35,005 bases of DNA from positions 1 through 35,005 of IMG/VR virus record IMGVR_UViG_3300035396_000446; one strand, written 5' to 3'. Of this stretch, positions 28,401 through 33,900 are shown piece after piece; position 1 is the first letter of the stretch; every line of letters starts with the position of its first letter. The notes below the pieces were generated by a model, which was not told the DNA's origin, searched no databases, and saw only the letters and a program-made list of their open reading frames with translations. The DNA is from a virus (taxonomy: Duplodnaviria > Heunggongvirae > Uroviricota > Caudoviricetes). Both the position numbers and the translations under genes were made by a program.

Positions 28401-28626
28401 CAGATTCAACCGGGTTAGATGCTTGCGGCCCCAATAAATCAACATATTCGTAATCTGTTTCATAGTCTAATTTTATACCTAGTTCAGTTCCTCTCCAATC
28501 ATACTCTAGGCCAAACCCACGTGGACCCATGTCATCTATAATATCTAACTCTTCGGGAGCTTCCTCGGTAATATCAATATAAATCGAATCCGAGCTAATT
28601 ACTTCTACGTCAATTGTTTCGCTCAT
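22465..28626 (-). CDS. Giant repetitive virion fibre/whisker protein (2053 aa)
   Basis: Fibre motifs (VESVNGEVGVVVL, DASTTVKGIVELAT, DASATVRGVLTTGAQTIAG.KTF), many internal repeats, and typical C-terminal phage beta-sandwich modules. Confidence 0.88.
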   Translation of the reverse strand: MSETIDVEVISSDSIYIDITEEAPEELDIIDDMGPRGFGLEYDWRGTELGIKLDYETDYEYVDLLGPQASNPVESVNGEVGVVVLDADDISDAATTNKFTNTTEKAGWDSKEPGNPNIQTHISSTSNPHSVTKTQVGLSNVANVDTTTTTNISDSLNKRFVSDAERTAITHSNRAALDLVSNTNTGDETQSTIKTKLGAATASADGYATSTQITKLDGIEVGAEKNVNSDWNAVSGDAQILNKPSTFTPSSHGNEAHTSTFIVQANAVVPNTAITGATKTKVTYDSKGLVTSGADATTADITDSLNKRYVSDAERTAITHSNRASLDLVSGTNTGDNATNTTSNSYADGKVTDAIVNGITTVAPSQNAVFDALAAKQDALGFTPENVANKENTTLDTSTSKYPTNRLVKEYVDALLSSVDAMVFKGTLGTGGTITALPTTYSVGWTYRVITAGTYAGTVCQIGDLVIAIVDRAGSGNLDADWTVAQTNIDGAVTGPASSTDSAIALFNSTTGKVIKDSAKTIVTTLGADDSTVPTSAAVNTGLGTKVTSNVAITGATKTKITYDAKGLVTAGADATTADIASSTNKNYVTDAQAIVIGNTSGTNSGNQSLSHSSDATSHTVTLSATGGSLKIIEGSNISLTTSGSEVTIASTSQDAVWGNITGTLSNQTDLQSALDGKVDENVAITGATKTKITYDAKGLVTSGTDATTADIAASTNKNYVTDTQLTVIGNTSGTNSGDNATNTTSNSYADGKVADSIADGVTNIAPSQNAVFDALAGKQPSGTYSTDIHSNITSLNAVSGTNTGDEPDASTTVKGIVELATDGESTAGVVVQGNDSRLSNARTPSSHGNEAHSSTFITQANAVVPNVAITGATKTKITYDSKGLVTSGADATTADIAASTNKNYVTDAQVTLLGNTSGTNTGDEPDASTTVKGIVELATDGESTAGVVVQGNDSRLSNARTPSSHGNEAHTSTFITQGDAVVPNVAITGATKTKITYDAKGLVTSGADATTADIAASTNKNYVTDAQATVIGNTSNTNSGDVTLATNSGLGFTSGQTGLAVGTPSTVTGATTNLVTTSTHTHALTVTKTDVSLGSVDNVQQLPLSYLDTDGALTANSNTKVPSQAAVVTYVAGKVAGLFSYKGAFAIAENTWPYPAVVGETYKSSTAGTFNTIKIEIGDAIVCNAIPSSASDYTKWDVYQGNIDGAVTGPASSTDNVIVLFNGTSGKFIKGSAKTITATLGSTDATVPTSLAVTTALSGREVPLTFSNGLTRTVNDIKNDLITGKALGQTIIGGADASENLTLQSTTNATRGTVNVVDSVVFNSNSEDKDFTIKKDDTTNAFVYDAGLDELTLNSKTTISNDKTLIISKTSGQIVLGATNTTTLTSPAPAASRTYTIPDAGTNATFVMTESAQTINGIKTFGSFPLTPSSAPTTDYQAANKKYVDDLLGISDAMVFKGTLGTGGTITVLPTTYSAGWTYKIITAGTYAGVVCQVGDLIIAIVDRAGSGNLDADWTVVQTNIDGEVTGPASSTDNAIALFDSTTGKIIKQLALGTANQLLGMNSGATANEYKTLSLGTTAQSNDLGIVHAANSITVHVPDASATVRGVLTTGAQTIAGIKTFNNDIVVDSTTDSTSTTTGSIQTDGGLGVAGHAFFGQQIIIGDTDLGLSDRVIITGTGLDASMSILRASGTSKFSAYNKMYKARGTIAAPTTVNANDIVGAFRFIGKVSAGITETASAGTGWRTGADIFCGVDGVVTAEDMPGALVLCTQKATTQVSSGGNTYEGLRVTSDQKVIVGLGENFQSFTSQTALSTLDVRGDIASTGAITSTGAINESYLQVSVTQATHGFVVLDAIYNNAGTWTKAQANSPNTLGIGIVTKVVDGDNFKFMSVGHALITGHGLTIGDYYYVSPTTAGVITETIPSAEGQYQAPICYVIDANTLLILPWRPSEAVTRNNDTTIRAITATDNATETDDFILADATSGNIVVNLLEPESKYNGYTFTVKKTDSSTNTVTIKSSSGNIDGTLGTVGKVIISQNNSLTFVCDSTNYWIK
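25500..27850 (-). repeat. Five copies of N.AITGATKTK.TYD.KGLVT.G.DATTADI, including a 354-nt (118-aa) near-tandem duplication
   Basis: Copies at about 25583, 25937, 26490, 26888 and 27725. The offset between the DEPDASTT copies is 354 nt, and many differences are synonymous. Confidence 0.9.
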
Positions 28627-28636
28627 TATATATCTC

Positions 28637-29044
28637 TTATGTTAATGATGTTGTTTGTTCAGGACTTAAAACAAAGTCCCCATTTAAGATTCTTATAACA
28701 TCTTCCTCATCTACTAGACTAAATAGCTCTATATCATAATAAAGTGTGGTTTTCTCTGCGTAGTTTTTTCCCTTTGTAGGTATAGCAGAAGTTTTAGAGG
28801 GGAGAATATCAACGTAAATTATCCCAAGATTTTCTATAATAGATTGACCAGGGATTAGACAATCAAAACTCATTAAGGCTGTTTCATCATTAGCCTTAGT
28901 CTTAACCTGCCCTCTACACCCATATCCAGTTAAATCTTTTGGATCACCTTTAACGCCTGGAGTCGTGGACGGATTTCTTCTTGTAAGTTTTAATGTTTTT
29001 CTAGAACCTTTATCTACTAATAATTTATATACACCGGCTGCCAT
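28637..29044 (-). CDS. Fibre collar/adapter-like beta-sandwich protein (T5 LtfC/p132-like)
   Basis: MAAG.Y...VD.G....L......P.DLTGY..R.QV......G.I......T.......YD+EL.....V.R+L.G.F...PE pattern. Located at the head of the fibre operon. Confidence 0.65.
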   Translation of the reverse strand: MAAGVYKLLVDKGSRKTLKLTRRNPSTTPGVKGDPKDLTGYGCRGQVKTKANDETALMSFDCLIPGQSIIENLGIIYVDILPSKTSAIPTKGKNYAEKTTLYYDIELFSLVDEEDVIRILNGDFVLSPEQTTSLT

Positions 29045-29046
29045 AA

Positions 29047-29127
29047 TTATATCCTATGACAAACGGTAATTGAGGGCTTAAAGTCTATTTTATTAAGTAG
29101 ACATACAAAGAGTTGGATTGATGACAT
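29047..29127 (-). CDS. Leader micro-ORF, 26 aa (MSSIQLFVCLLNKIDFKPSITVCHRI)
   Basis: GGAG SD lies 7 nt before the ATG. The TAA ends 2 nt before ATG 29044. Confidence 0.45.
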   Translation of the reverse strand: MSSIQLFVCLLNKIDFKPSITVCHRI

Positions 29128-29164
29128 TTAAAATCTCCAAAAAATAAAGGTAAATCATGTATAT

Positions 29165-29178
29165 ATTATCTTTAATTT
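29165..29178 (-). promoter_or_regulatory. Putative late promoter motif AAATTAAAGATAAT
   Basis: Intergenic, downstream of the MCP terminator and upstream of the fibre operon. Confidence 0.65.
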
Positions 29179-29248
29179 CGAAGATTTTTTTTACTTCATT
29201 TCTATTGAATTTTTTGGAAAACTAAATATATTTTCTTAGTGTGCATAT

Positions 29249-29280
29249 AAAAAAAAAGGCAACCCATATAGATTGCCTTT
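29249..29280 (-). terminator. Intrinsic terminator after the major capsid gene
   Basis: Minus-strand RNA AAAGGCAAUCU-AUAU-GGGUUGCCUUU followed by a U-run. Confidence 0.85.
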
Positions 29281-29283
29281 AAG

Positions 29284-29307
29284 ATCTGCCATATTGCTAT
29301 GGCAGAT
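29284..29307 (-). other. Perfect 10-bp hairpin with GCAA (GNRA) tetraloop, just upstream of the terminator
   Basis: Minus-strand RNA AUCUGCCAUA-GCAA-UAUGGCAGAU. Confidence 0.8.
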
Positions 29308-29323
29308 AGAAGTATAAAATATA

Positions 29324-30802
29324 TTATACTAAGTTACGAACGTTAAGAGATGCGTAGTTGAACTGTCCACCGTCAACCATGATTTTTCCATAACGAGTCA
29401 TAAGTGCCTTTCTGGGCGTAAAGTCCTCCGGATCGATAACGGTCGGAGACATTTGAACAGGCACATACGGAGCATAGAAATACCCGGATTGCATGAAGTT
29501 GTCACCTTTGTAACCGATAAGAGCTTTAGAGGTTGGGAAAAGAGCATCTTTATAGATGTCCATTTTCTTACCAAGTTTCCCGCAATAAACAATACCAAAG
29601 TTTCCAGTGTTATTGCTAATTCCAGATGGAGCAGCTTCAAACCCTTCAAGAGTTTCAAGTTTTGCAGAAATCTCAGGAGAAGTTACGACCCAGTTACCTA
29701 CACCAAGTTTAGTGTATTTGTAGATCTTGTTCGCAAGTTGAACAATTCGATCTGCCATACCTTTAGCAGGGTTTGTGTAATTGAAGTCACGAGATACAGA
29801 AGAGTAATCATAAACTTCTTTAGTAGCTGCGCTTAACAAAAGGTCACGTAGAATCTCTCGGTCAATTTCAAGAGCAACTTCGTTAGAGAGAAGAGAAACA
29901 AGTTCTTTCTCAGCATCGATGTTGTGAATGATTCGCATGTCTTGTTCTGCTTCGTTTGACCATTTAGTTTTAAGTTTTCTTGTCTTAGCAGCAATAGGCT
30001 GAGAAAGAATTCTAAGGTCAACTTCAGGGAGGTCAGCTCGCGCTTCAAAATCACCTGCGGCATAAACAGTAATCTCGTCATTGAGTACAGTTCCACTAGG
30101 AATTGCAGTAGCAAAAGCAAGTGTTACTACACCGCTAGTTTTATCAATAGTGATAGTGTTTACGTCAACTTTATAGTCAACTTCACCTGTTCCAGTAGAA
30201 CCAGGATCAGATACGGACATAAGGTAAGCACCCCAACCATTAGTAGTAACAGAGTTACCGCTTCCGAGTTGGTCAAGGAAAGTTTTGTTCTTTGCAAGGT
30301 CATCAGTAGAAAGTAATGCAGTTGCAGACAATCTATTACCAGCGATAGAAAGAGTTCTAAGGTCCAATTCAAGCTCTTCAGAAGAGTAGTATGGGTCATA
30401 TACGAAGTTTTCGTATGCTTGTGGGTTAATCCCTAAGAATTCGTTACCAGCGCTAGTTCTACCTTTGTTAGTTGAGTAGAAATATCGTAGATAGAAAACA
30501 AGAGAAGAAGGTGTAGTCATAGGCTGAACACCTACGAGCTTATTAGCAACAAGAGCAGGATAAAAACGTCGTACAATCGGAAGAAGTACTCGTTCGGGTC
30601 CGGCGATATCGCCTGTTACAGTTGCTTCAGAAAGAATGCCGTTAGAAACACGGTCTTTCGAGCATTGATCAAGTTGGTTTTCAAGAAGAATAGCACATAC
30701 GCTTCTTTCATACCCTTTTAGGTTACCAAGTAATGGTGCCCATTTTTTTTCGTACATTTCAGCAAGCTGACCAAACTCAGCTACTTTTTGTGATGCGTCC
30801 AT
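29324..30802 (-). CDS. Major capsid protein, T4 gp23-like
   Basis: LVGVQPMTTPSSLVFYLRY, AKTRKLKTKWS.EAEQD, EIDREIL, GYFYAPYVP and DPEDFTPRKALMTRYG motifs. GGAGG SD. Confidence 0.97.
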   Translation of the reverse strand: MDASQKVAEFGQLAEMYEKKWAPLLGNLKGYERSVCAILLENQLDQCSKDRVSNGILSEATVTGDIAGPERVLLPIVRRFYPALVANKLVGVQPMTTPSSLVFYLRYFYSTNKGRTSAGNEFLGINPQAYENFVYDPYYSSEELELDLRTLSIAGNRLSATALLSTDDLAKNKTFLDQLGSGNSVTTNGWGAYLMSVSDPGSTGTGEVDYKVDVNTITIDKTSGVVTLAFATAIPSGTVLNDEITVYAAGDFEARADLPEVDLRILSQPIAAKTRKLKTKWSNEAEQDMRIIHNIDAEKELVSLLSNEVALEIDREILRDLLLSAATKEVYDYSSVSRDFNYTNPAKGMADRIVQLANKIYKYTKLGVGNWVVTSPEISAKLETLEGFEAAPSGISNNTGNFGIVYCGKLGKKMDIYKDALFPTSKALIGYKGDNFMQSGYFYAPYVPVQMSPTVIDPEDFTPRKALMTRYGKIMVDGGQFNYASLNVRNLV

Positions 30803-30832
30803 AGGAAAAATCCTCCAAATATTATTATTAAA

Positions 30833-31825
30833 TTATTCTAACCCGGCAAGAGCTTTAAGTCTGCCAAGTGCGTCTGTCTTTATTTCAACACGTTTAAAAT
30901 CTTCTGTAAGAATATCATAATCTACATCAGATTCAGTTTTAAGACTCTCTCTAATTGACTTTTTAGGAGCCGCAGGAACACTTACTTTTTGTTCTTCAGT
31001 TAAAACTTTTTCTTTTTTAACTTCAGGATTCTTAATAGGTGCAACCTGTACTGGTTTTTCTTCCGGTACATTAGAAGCGGATTCAGAAATATTTGCCAAT
31101 TTAGTCTTATTTTTTTGTTCTAATTCGTTAGTAAGAGTGGTTTTAACATCTTTAAGCAATTTTATGTTTTGCTGAAAAATTTCAACCATCTGGTCTTCGT
31201 CTTTTGCTTCGCTCAAAATACTTACAAAATGAGGTTTAATAGACTCAGGTAAAGTAGCAGTTAGTTGTTCTAACTTTGATTTTTTCTTAAAGTTAATGAT
31301 ATACTCTGCTTGTTCTTTTATAACTTTTTTAAGTTCTTTAACATCGTTCATTACAGAATTAGTGTATTCACCTTCTACAAAAGCAGGTGCTACTACTTCT
31401 TTAACTTTAGATAACATTTGAAACTCATCGCTCTCAAGAAGTTTTTCTCGAACAGAATCTTCAATTTCTTCATATAAATCTTTTACAATAGAAATTACTC
31501 GTTTTGAAGCATCTGCTTTAATTTTATTAACTTCTTCAGTAAGTTTAGAGCTGTAGTCTGATTGTAAAGAAGATTCTAGCTCATCTTCAATCTTCTCTTT
31601 CCATTCTACAAGTTTTTCTTGAAGAACTTCTTGCTCATCGTCAGAAAGAATTAAATCTTTTCCGTCTTCTGTAATCTTAGAAGAAGACTCTTTAAGAGTT
31701 GCTATTTTAGTTTCGTAATCTTTCTTTATATCCTCTATTTTCATAGAAACTAAAGAATCAATTTTAGAAACAAGTTCTTTCTCTTGTTCCTCTGTAAGAA
31801 TAATATCACCTAATAGTCCTGACAT
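30833..31825 (-). CDS. Prohead scaffold/core protein, T4 gp22-like
   Basis: Highly charged helical protein immediately upstream of the MCP, with many (I/L)xE sites. Confidence 0.8.
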   Translation of the reverse strand: MSGLLGDIILTEEQEKELVSKIDSLVSMKIEDIKKDYETKIATLKESSSKITEDGKDLILSDDEQEVLQEKLVEWKEKIEDELESSLQSDYSSKLTEEVNKIKADASKRVISIVKDLYEEIEDSVREKLLESDEFQMLSKVKEVVAPAFVEGEYTNSVMNDVKELKKVIKEQAEYIINFKKKSKLEQLTATLPESIKPHFVSILSEAKDEDQMVEIFQQNIKLLKDVKTTLTNELEQKNKTKLANISESASNVPEEKPVQVAPIKNPEVKKEKVLTEEQKVSVPAAPKKSIRESLKTESDVDYDILTEDFKRVEIKTDALGRLKALAGLE

Positions 31826-31828
31826 TTG

Positions 31829-32197
31829 TTACCCCTTATATGACTTGTGAAGATTTTTAAACTTCTCTACTAATTCAGTCATTGTTTCAATAGTAGTTTC
31901 CATTTCTGATATGATGTCATCCTCAGATTCTTCTTCATCTTCTTCAGACATGTCTTCGTCAAAAGGATCTTCTTCGGAAGATATGTCATCCATATCAATT
32001 TCCTCTAAACCTTCAACGTCGTTCTCTTCTGGAAATTCTGATTCTTCCTCATAGCTAGAGAGGTCTTCAATATCATCATCCTCATCTATATCTGCACTTT
32101 CAAACAACTTTTTACTATTTTCTCCCTTAGAAGAAGCCTCTGTAAAAAATGGTTGTTGTAGAGCTTGTAATCTTTTATATGCTTCAAATTGTCTCAT
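31829..32197 (-). CDS. Very acidic protein (122 aa), probable prohead core/internal protein
   Basis: Central region dominated by D/E. First gene after the motif at 32255. Confidence 0.75.
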   Translation of the reverse strand: MRQFEAYKRLQALQQPFFTEASSKGENSKKLFESADIDEDDDIEDLSSYEEESEFPEENDVEGLEEIDMDDISSEEDPFDEDMSEEDEEESEDDIISEMETTIETMTELVEKFKNLHKSYKG

Positions 32198-32254
32198 TAT
32201 TTAATCCTTGGTGAGTTTCAATATTAATTCAAATCAAACAAAATGTCTGATGTT

Positions 32255-32268
32255 ATTATCTTTATTTT
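32255..32268 (-). promoter_or_regulatory. Putative late promoter motif AAAATAAAGATAAT
   Basis: Intergenic with long upstream A-tracts. Lies upstream of the acidic-scaffold-MCP unit. Confidence 0.65.
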
Positions 32269-32289
32269 TTATTTTTTTTTTCATTTTTT

Positions 32290-32463
32290 TTATTTTTTTT
32301 TGCAAACTTCTTTTGTATCGCCAATAGTACGTGATTTAGTTGGCTTCCCAATTTCACCTTTTTTACAAGGTTTCTCTGTTTTACCACTATTATCTTTAGC
32401 ACCTTTTTTACAAGGACTACCTATTGCGTCTACTGATTCAGGGGTTACTGTTATCCAAGGCAT
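32290..32463 (-). CDS. Unannotated 57-aa basic protein with two PCKKG repeats
   Basis: Manual translation MPWITVTPESVDAIGSPCKKGAKDNSGKTEKPCKKGEIGKPTKSRTIGDTKEVCKKK. The ATG lies 1 nt after the protease stop, with a GGAG SD. Confidence 0.75.
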   Translation of the reverse strand: MPWITVTPESVDAIGSPCKKGAKDNSGKTEKPCKKGEIGKPTKSRTIGDTKEVCKKK

Positions 32464-32464
32464 C

Positions 32465-33130
32465 TTATTTTACTCCAAATATGTCAGCTAATGTTCTTTG
32501 TTTTAAACCGGATTTATTAAATAAATTACCATCTAAGATTTTCTCTAAAGATGATTGTTTATTTCTTTGTATAGTTTCTCCATATGTACCTTTATCCATG
32601 TTCCAAGATATAGACTCTACAAGAGAAAGCCAGGAAGAGTAGTTAGAGGGTTGTGCTACAACGTCCCAAGTAAGAAGCATAAAATCTTCTTGAACAACTT
32701 GGAATCCTTCTCTATCAGAAACTGTTGATCCACCTGCTCTTGAAGAAATACCAATGGCAACCTTATTATTAACGAGACCCATTAATAGGTCTCCTGCGGG
32801 TGTTCCTGTTAATATTTCTATTTTGCCAACAACATTATTATCTTCTATCTGAGCTTCTGTAATAAGGTGGGATACTTTGTCCAAGTGAATTTTTAAATCA
32901 GACGGATGATCTAACTCCCCAAGAAGTTTTCTAGACCTTATGTCAGGGTATAATTTATTAAGTTCTCTTTCTAAGAGGGGTGTTGGGTATTTTCTTTTAT
33001 TTTTATTGCCTACCCAACCAGAACTTAAAATTCCTCGTAGTGACTTTGTTTTTCTTCCATTAACTTCAGAGTCTTCCATCAAGTAGTCAAACTCTGTAAG
33101 CATATTAAGAGGTGTGTATTGCTTATCCAT
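32465..33130 (-). CDS. Prohead maturation protease, T4 gp21-like
   Basis: N.N.R.YP, LGELDHP (His), GISSRAGGS (Ser) and F.L.TWDVVA.PS motifs. Confidence 0.95.
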   Translation of the reverse strand: MDKQYTPLNMLTEFDYLMEDSEVNGRKTKSLRGILSSGWVGNKNKRKYPTPLLERELNKLYPDIRSRKLLGELDHPSDLKIHLDKVSHLITEAQIEDNNVVGKIEILTGTPAGDLLMGLVNNKVAIGISSRAGGSTVSDREGFQVVQEDFMLLTWDVVAQPSNYSSWLSLVESISWNMDKGTYGETIQRNKQSSLEKILDGNLFNKSGLKQRTLADIFGVK

Positions 33131-33135
33131 AATAT

Positions 33136-33885
33136 TTATACCCCAGATAATAGTTTAAGTCTATTAAGAGCAATTTCTTCTTTACTTTCTTTTAACAGTT
33201 GTAATTCAGATTGTTCTTTTTTGACTTGAGGTTTTTTACTTATTGGCTGAATATGTTTTTTCTTTTCGACGCTTTCTTTAATAACAACTTTTCTTTGTAA
33301 AGAATAGTAAATATTATCCAACATACCTCTCAAATCCTCAATCCGAAGTTTTTGAAATATTTTTAAAATCATATCTAAATTGTAAACTTCTGGTTGATTG
33401 GAAATATTGGAGCACATAGTAGAAGGCATTATAGCAAAGTTTTCTTCTAACGACTCTCCTTCTCCATACATTTCCAATATCTTCTTTTTTAAAATACTAT
33501 AACCTTTATCGAGAGCAGTAACTTTCTCCGCTCTTGTAAGTTTATCCAAAGAAGGGTAAATAGTGTTAGTGTCAACTTCTATCTCTCCTTTTCTCTTTGC
33601 ATTATCTCCAGGCTCTCCTGGTATTTCGTTAGGAGAAGATAGGGCAGCCACTATATGAGACGCTACTTTTCCAAGAGCAGATTCTACAGAATTAGAAGGT
33701 TGAGCATCACATGATTCATCATCACATTTTGTAACTTCAACTTCTACTTGCACTTCTTTCTCTTCTGTCTCATCTTCCTCTTCTTTGTCTGCATCTTCTT
33801 CTTCAATTTCTACTTTTAATTTCTTCTTTTCTTCTTTCGCTTCTTTAAGAAGAGAATTAACAAATTTGCTATTTTCTAAACTCAT
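33136..33885 (-). CDS. Putative prohead core protein (249 aa, acidic N-terminus)
   Basis: Position upstream of the protease, LxE sites, and a C-terminal LNRLKLLSGV like the scaffold end. Confidence 0.7.
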   Translation of the reverse strand: MSLENSKFVNSLLKEAKEEKKKLKVEIEEEDADKEEEDETEEKEVQVEVEVTKCDDESCDAQPSNSVESALGKVASHIVAALSSPNEIPGEPGDNAKRKGEIEVDTNTIYPSLDKLTRAEKVTALDKGYSILKKKILEMYGEGESLEENFAIMPSTMCSNISNQPEVYNLDMILKIFQKLRIEDLRGMLDNIYYSLQRKVVIKESVEKKKHIQPISKKPQVKKEQSELQLLKESKEEIALNRLKLLSGV

Positions 33886-33900
33886 GTTGTTCCCCGGTTA

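Noticed and set aside
29045-29323. tRNA or other structured ncRNA in the largest intergenic gap
   Set aside because: No cloverleaf or known RNA signature seen. The content is explained by two hairpins, the promoter motif and a micro-ORF.
32262-32301. Long T homopolymers (also 2356-2383 and 5296-5316) as assembly artefacts or phase-variable tracts
   Set aside because: They recur at the same position upstream of the promoter motif and break no reading frame, so they are better explained as UP-element-like A-tracts.
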